From a virus, in IMG/VR virus record IMGVR_UViG_3300044825_001003, positions 38,749 through 102,748 of that record: a stretch of 64,000 bases of DNA, one strand, 5' to 3'. How positions within the stretch are numbered: position 1 is the stretch's first letter; every line of letters begins with the position of its first letter. The notes beneath the pieces were generated by a model. The model did not search any database and was not told the origin of the DNA. It saw only the letters and a program-made list of their open reading frames with translations. Made by a program: the position numbers and the translations under genes. Shown piece by piece: positions 1-9,918 of the stretch.

Positions 1-1
1 C

Positions 2-1051
2 GCCGAAGAAGCCTTTATCGCAAAAGGCGAACAGGTGTTTAGCGAGAAGGCAATTGAGAACCTTGAGTATTTTACCGAGCGTTCCCCTAAGCCATTAAAG
101 GGATTCTTTGATCGCCATGGGTATTTCCATGGATACAACGATAACGACCTAACCCGTAAGTGCCACCTGGACGGGTGCGCCATGTTCCACGAAGGCGAAG
201 ACCTTCATCTTTGGGTATGGGAAAAGCCAATTGTAAATGCTCGATATCAGATCGGTGTTGACGTAGGATACGGCAAGGGTAAGGATTATTCAGTTGCCTG
301 GGTAAACCGAGTTGGCTCGGCTGGCAGTGATGATGTTCACGTAGCTACGCTTAGGACGAACATGATTGATCCGCTGTCACTGGCCTATGAGATTGCTAAG
401 TTAGGCAAGTGGTATAACGACGCCCAGGTTGCGGTGGAGTATAACACTCCTGGCAATTCTACAGCAGATCAGCTTCTGACGAACCTAGCTTACCCAAACT
501 GCTATCGCAGGAAGACTACTACCGGCGCTCCGCACTGGCTAACGCTTCAAAACACAAAACCAAAGCTGATCGTAACGGCTGATAGATGGCTCAAGGAGGG
601 TATCTTTGTAGCTAGAGACCCTCGCCTTCTTGATGAAGTAAAGGTATTTACCAGTGTTGACGGAAGCCTTAGGACTGGCGCTCAAGGCGGATTCAACGAT
701 GACGTTGTGATGGCCGCGATGATCTGCTTGTTCACGGCACATGAGGGCGATTACGAAGATAATTACGGCATTGTCCCTAACAAGATCGAAAGAACCCCAG
801 ATACCTGCGACTACAAGATGACGTGCAATAAATGCGATAAAGTCTGGGGCGCTGACTCTCCAGGGACGATTCGCAATTGCCCGTTCTGCAATTCCATGTT
901 CATCAAAGCGGCCAGGAATATAAACGTCCCAATTGCTAGGCCGCAAGACCCACGAAACGACCTGCGAGACTTTGACCCGCAGCCAGACGGAGAGCATTCT
1001 TCCTACGGAAGTGACCGAGATTGGCACGTCAAAGACTACGCCCAGTTGTAA
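2..1051 (+). CDS. terL: Terminase large subunit, C-terminal nuclease part (5'-truncated by window)
   Basis: Frame is open from base 2 (AEEAFIAKG...). RNase H-like motifs YQIGVDVGYGKGKDYS, VAVEYN and DDVVMA; lies upstream of the portal; carries a CxxC...CxxC tail. Confidence 0.88.
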   Translation, partial: AEEAFIAKGEQVFSEKAIENLEYFTERSPKPLKGFFDRHGYFHGYNDNDLTRKCHLDGCAMFHEGEDLHLWVWEKPIVNARYQIGVDVGYGKGKDYSVAWVNRVGSAGSDDVHVATLRTNMIDPLSLAYEIAKLGKWYNDAQVAVEYNTPGNSTADQLLTNLAYPNCYRRKTTTGAPHWLTLQNTKPKLIVTADRWLKEGIFVARDPRLLDEVKVFTSVDGSLRTGAQGGFNDDVVMAAMICLFTAHEGDYEDNYGIVPNKIERTPDTCDYKMTCNKCDKVWGADSPGTIRNCPFCNSMFIKAARNINVPIARPQDPRNDLRDFDPQPDGEHSSYGSDRDWHVKDYAQL

Positions 1052-1092
1052 ATTGTTATCCTTTTGACTTTGAAAAACGGTAATATCTAATT

Positions 1093-1635
1093 ATGGCAAA
1101 GAGCACAAAATCAACGAATGTTCAAGTGAATCTCGAACTATCTATCCCCCAGAGCGACTACGCTGTATTTGAAGAAGTCGCCGCACCTCAGCCGGTGGAA
1201 GATTACGTAAAAGCTTGCGTAACGAATTATCTCTCTGCGTATGCCAATGGTGGACTGATGCTTTCAGCCGAAGACCTGACAGAGATCGGAGAGGCCAGTG
1301 GAAATGAAGTGACCTCTTCTTCTGATATTGTTGAAGCGGTGAAGTCTGGCGCAGGTAAGAGCACTGCTAATTCTTTTCAGATCTCCGTAGACCCAAGTTT
1401 GACGGTGAATATTGAAGACTCAGCCAAGTTCTTAGGCATCACTCCAGAGCAGTGGGTATATAACTGCTGGAGCCACATCCTTGCTAACGGCTGGCTGTAT
1501 GAAGTAAGCAACGATGTCACATGGATTCCATTTAGCAAAGATCAGTGCGAAGTGATCCGTAAAGCCGCTGGTAAGGATTGTAAATCTTCCGCTGATTTCA
1601 TGGATGCAGTTACTGCAAAATCGGGAGTAAAGTAA
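1093..1635 (+). CDS. Hypothetical protein
   Basis: 180-aa ORF filling the gap in the packaging operon; no motif recognised. Confidence 0.7.
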   Translation: MAKSTKSTNVQVNLELSIPQSDYAVFEEVAAPQPVEDYVKACVTNYLSAYANGGLMLSAEDLTEIGEASGNEVTSSSDIVEAVKSGAGKSTANSFQISVDPSLTVNIEDSAKFLGITPEQWVYNCWSHILANGWLYEVSNDVTWIPFSKDQCEVIRKAAGKDCKSSADFMDAVTAKSGVK

Positions 1636-1638
1636 GAC

Positions 1639-2025
1639 ATGCCTACTTACGAGGGGACATGCAAGAACGAATCCTGTGAAAAGGCTGGGGCGCTATTTGA
1701 GTTTTTCGTAAGACGTTGGACCTCGCCTAATCCCAAATGCCCTAATTGTGGAACCGAAGTGCATAGGTATCTATGTGCTCCAAATGTTGTTTGGGCAAAA
1801 GATGTAGGTCAGTATCTGGGCCAGAACTCTGAAGGGCATTGGGCGCACGCTCGTAATGAGCAGGGCGAACCGGTAAAGCATTTTATTCGCACACGCCAAG
1901 ACCAGAAAGAGTTTTGCAAGCGCTATGGGTACTATGACCCAAATGATCTGCCCTCATCTTGTACCGCTGACGAGAATGGTGTAACAAAGAAAAACACCAG
2001 CGGTGAAAAGGGACAGTGGATTTAA
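1639..2025 (+). CDS. FmdB-like zinc-ribbon protein
   Basis: MPTYEGTCxxxxC...CPNC pattern of FmdB-type ribbons often found next to phage portals. Confidence 0.7.
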   Translation: MPTYEGTCKNESCEKAGALFEFFVRRWTSPNPKCPNCGTEVHRYLCAPNVVWAKDVGQYLGQNSEGHWAHARNEQGEPVKHFIRTRQDQKEFCKRYGYYDPNDLPSSCTADENGVTKKNTSGEKGQWI

Positions 2026-2028
2026 GCC

Positions 2029-3918
2029 ATGGAAAGACTACCTCATTCGCCATCTTTAGCGAAAACAGGCGAGACGCCTGAGTACCGAGCCAATTATCTC
2101 CGCAAGGTAAAAGAGTGGCGAGATGGCACGAAGGAGCAGGCTTTCCTGTCTTATCGTAATTCTATCGAGTACTCAAACATTGAGAAGTATATTCGATACC
2201 TAGAGGGTGCGCAATGGGATAATAAGCGCCCTCGATACAAGAGCCGATATGTCGATAACAAGATGGAACTAATCCGCCGAGAGAGACTATCTCTTCTTAC
2301 GGATTCTCGCCCATCAATCGACGTAAGTACAAATGTTGAAGCATACGACGAACCCGCTAACGTGATTGGAAACACGCTGCGGGCAGAGTGGCTGCGTCAG
2401 AATATGTCCGATGCTTTAGTGGACGTAGTTGACATGGCCATGCTTCATGGCGTTGCCTATTGGAGAATAGGCGCGTCATCACCTGGATCAATGCGGGTTG
2501 TTCCTCTTGGGCCGGATAATGTACTTCCGATTCAACCCAGCAAGACGAGTCTTCAAGATTCCGCCGCCGTCTTGTATAGGAACTGGAAGCCGATCTCCTA
2601 CTTTAAGAAAGTGTTCCCTATGAGCGCACAGGGAATTGAGGATCAGGCTAAATACTGGGAGTCAAAATCACAGGACAAATACTCCCGTCCCGCGCACATA
2701 CCCGAATACACCTGGAGTCAGATGTCACCAGCTTTCCGAAAGCTAGTTGGCGTACAGACAGGTGATTACAGTGCCTATGGAGCTAAGATGTACGGCTCTA
2801 TCGAACTGGAAGAGTATTACGTTGACGATCTAAGTATCAATGAATCGAATAAAGAAGTTGTCGTAAGAGATCCATTCCTTCCGCCAGACATGCACAACTG
2901 GTGGTATACAGTAAAGCCAGGGCAAAGACTGTACCCACGTAAGCGGCTTATCATCTTCGCTGGAGACCGGCTGCTTTATGATGGCCCGTCCCCGTTCTGG
3001 CACGGCATGTATCCATTCGTGGATCTTCGACTCAACCCAGTTCCGTGGTCGTTTTATGGTTTAAGTACCTACCGTTCTCTTCTTCCGATGCAGGATGCGA
3101 TTAACGAAATCCCTGCCGGTATGCTAGATATGACGAAACGGGTACTCAACCCCACTCTTATCGCTAAGTCTAACGTGGCTTCAGAAGCCGCATGGCGCGA
3201 GTATCTTAGCGATATGCCAGGGGCTAGACTCAAGGTAAACCCGAACGTGAACATCGGCGCAGATATTCAGTACGGTCAGATTCCAGCCGTTCCTCAGTAC
3301 GTAATTGCCCTACTCCAAGGTGTGATTATGCCTGAGTTCGACAAGATGAGCGGCATCATGGACATGTCGAGACTTGCCGGAAAGAATCAACTTCCTTCCG
3401 GCGAGACAATCGACCAGATGAGGGATACATTGCAGACGCCACTACGCAGAGAAGAACGCTATATTGAATCGTTCTTGCAGCGATGCGGTACGCAAGCGGT
3501 ATCTAACGTAATTCAGTTTTACACTGCATCTCAGCGTTTGAGGATGCTTGGAGAAAACGGTCTTAGTTGGGAAGACTTTACTTTTGATCCAGGTAAGTTG
3601 TATCCAGGTGGCGCAGGAGACTTTGACAAGCAGAGAAAAGAAACCTTCTGGTCAATGTTCTCTTTAACCGTTAAGCCTGGGTCGATTCATTCTGGTGCTA
3701 AGGACCGTGAGAAGGTGGAAGCCGTAAGCCTCGCAGCTCGTGGCCTAATCTCCAGGAAGGAGCTTTATCGCAGACTTGAGATTGACCCAGAAAGAGCAGA
3801 TCAAATCCTAGCAGAACTAATGGAGGAGGCGCAAGCAACCGCCTCTCTCCAGACTTCAGCAAGAGCCCCTAGGACAGTAGGGGAGCAAAGCGGACCATCC
3901 GCCCCGATGCCGGGGTAA
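2029..3918 (+). CDS. Portal protein
   Basis: 629 aa between terminase and head genes; podovirus portal-like segments (LLYDGPSPF, YPFV, FYGLS..LLPMQDAIN, FDKMSG). Confidence 0.85.
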   Translation: MERLPHSPSLAKTGETPEYRANYLRKVKEWRDGTKEQAFLSYRNSIEYSNIEKYIRYLEGAQWDNKRPRYKSRYVDNKMELIRRERLSLLTDSRPSIDVSTNVEAYDEPANVIGNTLRAEWLRQNMSDALVDVVDMAMLHGVAYWRIGASSPGSMRVVPLGPDNVLPIQPSKTSLQDSAAVLYRNWKPISYFKKVFPMSAQGIEDQAKYWESKSQDKYSRPAHIPEYTWSQMSPAFRKLVGVQTGDYSAYGAKMYGSIELEEYYVDDLSINESNKEVVVRDPFLPPDMHNWWYTVKPGQRLYPRKRLIIFAGDRLLYDGPSPFWHGMYPFVDLRLNPVPWSFYGLSTYRSLLPMQDAINEIPAGMLDMTKRVLNPTLIAKSNVASEAAWREYLSDMPGARLKVNPNVNIGADIQYGQIPAVPQYVIALLQGVIMPEFDKMSGIMDMSRLAGKNQLPSGETIDQMRDTLQTPLRREERYIESFLQRCGTQAVSNVIQFYTASQRLRMLGENGLSWEDFTFDPGKLYPGGAGDFDKQRKETFWSMFSLTVKPGSIHSGAKDREKVEAVSLAARGLISRKELYRRLEIDPERADQILAELMEEAQATASLQTSARAPRTVGEQSGPSAPMPG

Positions 3919-3929
3919 TGAGGTAAAGT

Positions 3930-4628
3930 TTGCCTAGAAAACAAGCAACTAAGTCTAAGCCTAAAGCATTTGAAACAGGATTTACGCTTAGAGATATTAA
4001 ACCATTAACCGAGAATCAAGCAGCAGCATTTGAACATTACGAAGACGGCAAGCATCTACTACTTGCTGGCATGGCTGGGACAGGGAAAAGCTTTATCGCT
4101 TTATACCTTTGCCTTAAAGATTTAATCGAAGGCAAGCTATCTAGCGTTTTGATTATGAGAAGCACTGTACCTAGCCGAGATATGGGCTTTCTCCCAGGAA
4201 CGCTAGAAGAAAAGCTCTCAGCATACGAAGATCCATACCGGCAGATAGTCAATAACCTATTCGGCAGGGACGATGCTTGGTTTATTATGTGCAAGAAAGG
4301 CCATATTAAACTCTCGTCTACAAGCTATCTTCGAGGGGTAACCTACAAGAACGTAGGCATTATCCTGGATGAATCGCAGAACTGCACCCTCCATGAACTC
4401 GACACTGTAATTACAAGAGTCGGCTCGGGCTGTCGGGTGTTTGTCTGTGGCGACGAAAGGCAGTCGGACTTAATTGGCAGCAAGATCCCGCAAGGCATGA
4501 CGCACTTCCGCCAGATCCTTTCTTACGTGCCAGAATTCCGATCAGTCAGCTTTGGCATTGAAGATATTGTCAGATCTGGGCTAGTAAAGAACTACATACT
4601 GGCTAAACATAAGCTCGGATTAAACTAG
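3930..4628 (+). CDS. phoH: PhoH-family ATPase
   Basis: PLTENQ, Walker A GMAGTGKS, GFLPG, YLRG, IILDESQN, TRVG, GDERQSD, DIVRSGLV. Confidence 0.95.
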   Translation: MPRKQATKSKPKAFETGFTLRDIKPLTENQAAAFEHYEDGKHLLLAGMAGTGKSFIALYLCLKDLIEGKLSSVLIMRSTVPSRDMGFLPGTLEEKLSAYEDPYRQIVNNLFGRDDAWFIMCKKGHIKLSSTSYLRGVTYKNVGIILDESQNCTLHELDTVITRVGSGCRVFVCGDERQSDLIGSKIPQGMTHFRQILSYVPEFRSVSFGIEDIVRSGLVKNYILAKHKLGLN

Positions 4629-4680
4629 TATTAAATTTTTCTTTGCAGTATGAATGACGTATGTACAAGAATTAGATTAG

Positions 4681-4708
4681 AGCCTCAATAGGTTTAAACC
4701 TATAGGCT
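4681..4708. promoter_or_regulatory. Inverted repeat containing a perfect 16-bp palindrome just before an RBS
   Basis: AGCCT-CA-ATAGGTTTAAACCTAT-AGGCT followed by AAGGAGA and the ATG at 4720. Confidence 0.5.
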
Positions 4709-4719
4709 AAGGAGATCAG

Positions 4720-4995
4720 ATGAACGCACAGATCATTGGCACTTCTCAACCCGTCAAGAACGAGCCACGGAATGTGCTGCCTGAAAACCACGGTAAGCCA
4801 CAGGCTCAGACGATTGGTACAACGATGCCTCTACAGACAGTTGCATCCAACGTCAAGTACGGGGCCGGTACTCGCAGTGGTCAGTTCCAAGTAATTGGTG
4901 AGCAGATTAAGATGAGTGATGCTCCCGTTCTTGGCTATCAGTCGGCCAACACTCCGATGTCTAACCGGGCTGTAGACAGCAAGAAGGGTTTCTAA
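4720..4995 (+). CDS. Small head-region protein with short internal repeats
   Basis: AAGGAG RBS; repeated Q-x-I-G motif. Confidence 0.7.
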   Translation: MNAQIIGTSQPVKNEPRNVLPENHGKPQAQTIGTTMPLQTVASNVKYGAGTRSGQFQVIGEQIKMSDAPVLGYQSANTPMSNRAVDSKKGF

Positions 4996-5004
4996 GGATA
5001 TATC

Positions 5005-5358
5005 ATGGGTCCAGTATCAGGCGCACCGCCAATGTCACCAGATGTAATGGCTCAGCAAATGCCACCGATGGCTGCTTTTGCAGATCAAGGTCGGAGCATG
5101 GTTGGCGGCGGTGCCAATCCAGAGGCTGCTGATCCCATGAAGTACGTACAGGGTTTGCTCGACGAAATTGCAGGCAGTCTTATGAAGGTTGCGCAAGTCG
5201 TCGGCCAGAGCAAGCGAGAGCTTATGCCTATCGTTCAAAAGATGGCTGAAGCTGGCTCGATGCTCACGAACGAAATTCAGTCGAAAGCTCCACAGCCCGA
5301 GACTGCTCAGGCGCCTCCGCAAGCGGAAGGCCCTGGCGGTATGGGCCTAGGGGCTTAA
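5005..5358 (+). CDS. Hypothetical head-region protein (Pro/Gly/Met-rich ends)
   Basis: AAGGA RBS; lies between portal and scaffold. Confidence 0.7.
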   Translation: MGPVSGAPPMSPDVMAQQMPPMAAFADQGRSMVGGGANPEAADPMKYVQGLLDEIAGSLMKVAQVVGQSKRELMPIVQKMAEAGSMLTNEIQSKAPQPETAQAPPQAEGPGGMGLGA

Positions 5359-5442
5359 CCCAAAAATAGCAGGCAACTACCCTGGGCTGGCGTCGAAAGA
5401 CAGGTTACAGGAACTGGTTAGCTGGAGCTGTTGAAAGGTGAA

Positions 5443-6273
5443 ATGGCAGTAAATAGCTTTGATGAAGTTTTGAATAGCTTAGTTGGAGATCCTGATGACC
5501 GAGAAGTTTTAGAGAATCTCTCAGCGAAATATCCAGAAATTAAAAATGGATGGCTTCGGCAGTCCGATTATTCGCGCAAGCTTGATTCGTTCCGTGACAC
5601 GGAGAAGAAAGTGGAGGCGTGGAACAAGTGGGCAGAAGAGAATTGGGACAAAGATAACAACGCTCCCAAGATGGAAGTTTATTGGCGCAACAGAGCGCAA
5701 GAATTAGAATCACAGGCAGGTACGGATATGACGTTTGACGAGATCAAGAACTTTACTGAAGGATTGATGACCGAACGTGGGGTCATGACAAAGACAGATT
5801 TCGAGTCTGCTATCAACAGCAAGGCACAGGAGATTGATAAGGGGTTCCAAGGTTCCGCTTATTTTTCAGCCGTGATTGCCGAGAAGACAGCCGAGCATCT
5901 CTCTGAATTTGGCAAGCCACTGAAGGTTCGGGAGTTTATCTCCAAGCTAGGCGAATACGGTACGAACGATCTTGATGCTGCGTATGACCGATATGTAGCC
6001 GAGGACCGCAAGACTCGGGAAGAGAAGGCCCTTGAGGAAAAGATTGATCGAATCCGTAGCGAAGAGCGCGAAAAAGCAAAGCAAGAAGTTTTAGCTCAGC
6101 ACACTGGCGGTCTACCAATCGACCAGGGCGAGCCAACCGCAGGTCACCTAGAAGCTAAGTTACGCCTAGTAGGACAACCAGATGCAGCCGAGCGGGCGAA
6201 TCTGGGAGACGGCACACTAGCTCAAATCGCAGCACAGGCTTACAGGAAACAGCAACTTGGAATCACAGAATAA
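5443..6273 (+). CDS. Capsid scaffolding protein
   Basis: Acidic coiled-coil protein with LRQSDYSRK (scaffold-typical DYTRK-like motif), directly upstream of the MCP; ATG 5443 follows AAGGTG. Confidence 0.75.
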   Translation: MAVNSFDEVLNSLVGDPDDREVLENLSAKYPEIKNGWLRQSDYSRKLDSFRDTEKKVEAWNKWAEENWDKDNNAPKMEVYWRNRAQELESQAGTDMTFDEIKNFTEGLMTERGVMTKTDFESAINSKAQEIDKGFQGSAYFSAVIAEKTAEHLSEFGKPLKVREFISKLGEYGTNDLDAAYDRYVAEDRKTREEKALEEKIDRIRSEEREKAKQEVLAQHTGGLPIDQGEPTAGHLEAKLRLVGQPDAAERANLGDGTLAQIAAQAYRKQQLGITE

Positions 6274-6322
6274 CTCATGCGTGAGTGACTGTGGTTCCCG
6301 ACGACAACTCTAAGAGGAAATC

Positions 6323-7378
6323 ATGGCACTTACTTATAGCGATATCAACGCGATTACAACTCAGCACATCGTCCCCAAGACGACTGACGTAATCTTCAAG
6401 AACGATCCACTGTTCGTTCGGCTAATGTCGAAGAACAAGATCAATTTCGAGGGCGGTCTATTCATCCAGCGGCCAATCATGTTCGCAGAACTGGCCAACG
6501 GGTTCTTCGCTCGTGGCGACCAGTTCGACACCGGCTACCGCCAGACCGACACAGCTTTCAGCGTCAACATGAAGTTCGGTTATGTCAACGTAACCCTGCT
6601 CGGCACTGATGACGTTCTGAACCGTGGCCCAGAAGCAGCCTTCTCAATCGTTGAGAGCAAGATGGCTAACGCTTCACTCACCATGGCAAAGCTGCTCGGC
6701 ACAACTGTCTACCAGGATGGTCAGGGCGCTCTGTCTGGCACCAAGTCTCTCGACGGTCTAATGGCCTGGGTTGACGACGGTAGCACCAACGCAACCTACA
6801 CCAGCCTTACCGACGTTCGCCGGTCCTTCGCAGCAGTTGGCGGCATCACCCGCGCCGACATCGTTGCCGGTCCCAGCTCGGGCGATGCCACGACCTACTC
6901 ACAGGTCAACGGTATCAACGCCTACACCAACCGCGCAGTCAGCACCTTTGCTCTCTCCGATCTAAACACTGCCTACGGCTTTGCTTGGTTCGGTGCCGAC
7001 CAGCCCGATCTTCTAGTTTGCACCCAGGGCGCTTACAACAAGATCTGGAACGCAACAGTGTCCAATCAGCGCTACATGCGGGCAGATAGCGATCTTGCCA
7101 AGGTCGGTATCCAGAGCTTCCAGTTCAACGCGGCAGATGTCACCATCTCCAAGTACCTGAACGACGTTGCTGGCTCCACCTACGGCGTAATCCTCGGCCT
7201 GAACACCAACTACCTCGAACTTTATGTTTCCGCAAACAAGAAGTTCCAGTTCGGGTTCACTGGCTTCAAGGAAGCACAGAACACCATCGACGTGAGCGGT
7301 CAGTTCATGTTCGCTGGCAACCTGATCGTACCCAGCCCCCGTACAAACTTCAAACTCGTGGGCACCGCACTCGCCTAA
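6323..7378 (+). CDS. Major capsid protein
   Basis: 351 aa after the scaffold; GAGGA RBS; strongly biased C-ending codons; followed by a hairpin. Confidence 0.85.
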   Translation: MALTYSDINAITTQHIVPKTTDVIFKNDPLFVRLMSKNKINFEGGLFIQRPIMFAELANGFFARGDQFDTGYRQTDTAFSVNMKFGYVNVTLLGTDDVLNRGPEAAFSIVESKMANASLTMAKLLGTTVYQDGQGALSGTKSLDGLMAWVDDGSTNATYTSLTDVRRSFAAVGGITRADIVAGPSSGDATTYSQVNGINAYTNRAVSTFALSDLNTAYGFAWFGADQPDLLVCTQGAYNKIWNATVSNQRYMRADSDLAKVGIQSFQFNAADVTISKYLNDVAGSTYGVILGLNTNYLELYVSANKKFQFGFTGFKEAQNTIDVSGQFMFAGNLIVPSPRTNFKLVGTALA

Positions 7379-7386
7379 CCTGTAAC

Positions 7387-7409
7387 GAAGGGGGCCTAGC
7401 GCCCCCTTC
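7387..7409 (+). terminator. GC-rich hairpin after MCP (no U-tract; leaky terminator or mRNA stabiliser)
   Basis: GAAGGGGGC-CTAGC-GCCCCCTTC. Confidence 0.6.
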
Positions 7410-7439
7410 CTAAACAAGACTCTTTGAAAAGGAAAAAAT

Positions 7440-7805
7440 ATGCTAGGTAATCGCGCACTACAGGCTGGCGTAACTAACGTAACAGCCTCCACTACTCTTG
7501 GGTACGAAATCACTGGTTCGTCTCCCAATACTCTGCCTCCTGATCTGCTGACCGTATCGGCTGCTGGCGCAGCTACAATCACCCTACCTGAGATTACAGT
7601 TCCTCAGTACGGTGGTCTTGGTATCGGTGATTCTCAGGTTGTGCGGGTTCTAAACCTCGCTGCACAATCGGTAGTTCTCGCCGCCGCATCCGGTGACTCG
7701 ATTGTTGGCCGCTATGCTTCCTCGGCTACAATCGCAGTCAACACCGCAGCAACTCTCATTAGCAAGGCTACTAGCGCAACTGCTGGTACTTGGTACAGCT
7801 TCTAA
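7440..7805 (+). CDS. Putative capsid decoration/cement protein
   Basis: Small Ala/Thr beta-rich protein (ATITLP motif) right after the MCP. Confidence 0.55.
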   Translation: MLGNRALQAGVTNVTASTTLGYEITGSSPNTLPPDLLTVSAAGAATITLPEITVPQYGGLGIGDSQVVRVLNLAAQSVVLAAASGDSIVGRYASSATIAVNTAATLISKATSATAGTWYSF

Positions 7806-7811
7806 CCTGAA

Positions 7812-7832
7812 CCGGGAGGCTAGTCCTCCCGG
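7812..7832 (+). terminator. GC-rich hairpin (no U-tract)
   Basis: CCGGGAGG-CTAGT-CCTCCCGG. Confidence 0.55.
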
Positions 7833-7846
7833 CCCAACTATATCCC

Positions 7847-9010
7847 ATGGCTATTCAACAGCAGTACTCGACATCCTTAGGTGAATTAGTTGGGCGAGTT
7901 AGAGCAATCAAGCCCAACCTGCCTCCGACCGTGGCGCAGGACTTTATCAACGACAGGATTCGTCTCATCTTAGATCGCCAACCTTGCTGGTCTGGCAACT
8001 TCGAAGAGACGATTCTTTACGTCCCTGATCCATACGTTAACGGAAGCATTAGCTTTACCCAGAACAGTCGGACTATCACTGGTAGCTCGACTGTTTGGCC
8101 CGTAAGCGACGTAGTAAACACCACTATACCTGCGGGGATTACTCGTGCTGGGTTCCAGACAGTAACCCCCGCCTCTATGGATGGCATTACAGCCGACACA
8201 TACCTGTACGTGGATGCCGCTGGCACTCCCGAGATTGTGTCGGTGATTTACGTTGGACCGACTTCGTTTACGGCAATCTTCAATAAGACACACGCCGCTG
8301 GATGTACCACTACAACTAGTTCTTTCGCTGGCCGTCAATTGCGCTGTGGTAATACATTCCCGATCTTTACTATTGAAGCGGTAGTTTCCAATACTCAAGC
8401 AATCTTAGACATGGAATGGAAGGCTACTGCACAATCGGGAGCTAGCTACACAATTCGGCAGATGTATTATACGGTAGCACCGGACGTTAAGATGCTAAGC
8501 GCAGTAGTAGATCAGGCTCAGGGCATCCCGCCACTGCGTATCGACGTTCCAATTACCGAGATTAACCGCATTGACCCTCAGCGTGTATCTACTGGCTACC
8601 CTCAGATCTTGGCAAATCGCGGCACCAACGCTAACGGCAACATGCAGTGGGAGCTATGGCCAAGTACCCAAGAAGAACGTCAGCTTCGAGTATTTTACTT
8701 TAAGCAACCTCCAAAGCTGACCACCGAAGGCGACCGCATCCCGGCCTTTATGAACCCAACAGTTCTTTTCTACGGGGCAATGGCTGATGCTTTCAGAATT
8801 AAGATCGGTCCAGACGATGCTTTCTACGATCCTCGCGCATCACGGGATTATGAGCAGAAGTTTGAAGCTGCCTATCTCGATATGGCCCAGGCAGACAATG
8901 AAAAGCTACAGCAGCAGTTCGTGACTCGTGGCGCTGGCTCCGGTATGCCTGGAGGCGCTGACTGGAATAGATCGCACTCTATTGACGCACTGATGTACAC
9001 TGCGTATTAA
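7847..9010 (+). CDS. Head-tail adaptor/ring protein 1 with inserted beta-rich domain
   Basis: N-terminal SLGELVGRV..DFINDRIR, later LWP and LFYGAMADAF elements typical of adaptor rings. Confidence 0.6.
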   Translation: MAIQQQYSTSLGELVGRVRAIKPNLPPTVAQDFINDRIRLILDRQPCWSGNFEETILYVPDPYVNGSISFTQNSRTITGSSTVWPVSDVVNTTIPAGITRAGFQTVTPASMDGITADTYLYVDAAGTPEIVSVIYVGPTSFTAIFNKTHAAGCTTTTSSFAGRQLRCGNTFPIFTIEAVVSNTQAILDMEWKATAQSGASYTIRQMYYTVAPDVKMLSAVVDQAQGIPPLRIDVPITEINRIDPQRVSTGYPQILANRGTNANGNMQWELWPSTQEERQLRVFYFKQPPKLTTEGDRIPAFMNPTVLFYGAMADAFRIKIGPDDAFYDPRASRDYEQKFEAAYLDMAQADNEKLQQQFVTRGAGSGMPGGADWNRSHSIDALMYTAY

Positions 9011-9019
9011 GGATTAAAC

Positions 9020-9247
9020 ATGGACAGACAATACGAGAAGTACCGCCACCCAGTATCGACAGCAATTGAGGTTGAAGCATACAACCCAGTTACCAGCCCT
9101 GACTCTTGGGTTCGCGGGAATCACGTCATGAACGGCTACTCGAACTTCGACTTTGAGAAGAACTCAGTAGACAATTACGGGTTCCCTGAGCCGTGTAACG
9201 GTGCCGGTCTATACGCAACCGATAGCCGAGTAAAAGGCAAGAAGTAA
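9020..9247 (+). CDS. Hypothetical protein
   Basis: AAGGA RBS; 75 aa within the operon. Confidence 0.65.
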   Translation: MDRQYEKYRHPVSTAIEVEAYNPVTSPDSWVRGNHVMNGYSNFDFEKNSVDNYGFPEPCNGAGLYATDSRVKGKK

Positions 9248-9252
9248 CATAG

Positions 9253-9909
9253 ATGGCGCGTCTTACACTCGCAGACCTGAAGGAACAAGTATACTCTCGC
9301 CTTGAGAATAATACCCTTATGTTCTCAGGAACCGAGGTAACAAACGCCATTAACGACGGACTTCGCACGTTGAACATGATGTGCGGCTGGTATCAAAAGA
9401 CATTCTCTGTCCCTGGCGGCGGAACTACTGTTGCCGATAGAGTTATTTACGATGTACCACAGCAGATCATATTTGCTCAAAGAGTGGTTTGGGCCAGCAA
9501 GGTTTTAGAAAAATCTCCCCTTGGCCAGACCAGTAATGAGTGGCCGACGTGGATGAAGGATACATCCACGAATACGGGAACCCCTACTTCTCGCTGGGTT
9601 CCAATTGGGATTACTAAATTCGCAATTCACCCAGCGGATTCAGTGGGCGGCGCAACCCTCCAAGTCACCGGGATAACCAATCCAGATATCCTAGTTAATG
9701 ATACTGACATTGCCTATATCCCAAAAGAAGGCGTGACGGCAGTGGTTGACTACGCCGCCCATGCTGTACAATGTAAGATGCAAGGGGCACCATTCATGCA
9801 GTCTCTTGGAATGTACAGGAACTTCGAGTCCCTGATGAAGCTCAATAAATACTGGGCATCGTATCGGCAGCCGAACCTGTATTACGACGAACAATCACCT
9901 AGCAAATAA
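9253..9909 (+). CDS. Head-tail adaptor/ring protein 2
   Basis: LTLADLKEQV..VTNAINDGLRTL, IHP, AVVDYAA. Confidence 0.6.
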   Translation: MARLTLADLKEQVYSRLENNTLMFSGTEVTNAINDGLRTLNMMCGWYQKTFSVPGGGTTVADRVIYDVPQQIIFAQRVVWASKVLEKSPLGQTSNEWPTWMKDTSTNTGTPTSRWVPIGITKFAIHPADSVGGATLQVTGITNPDILVNDTDIAYIPKEGVTAVVDYAAHAVQCKMQGAPFMQSLGMYRNFESLMKLNKYWASYRQPNLYYDEQSPSK

Positions 9910-9918
9910 GGAGCTTAA

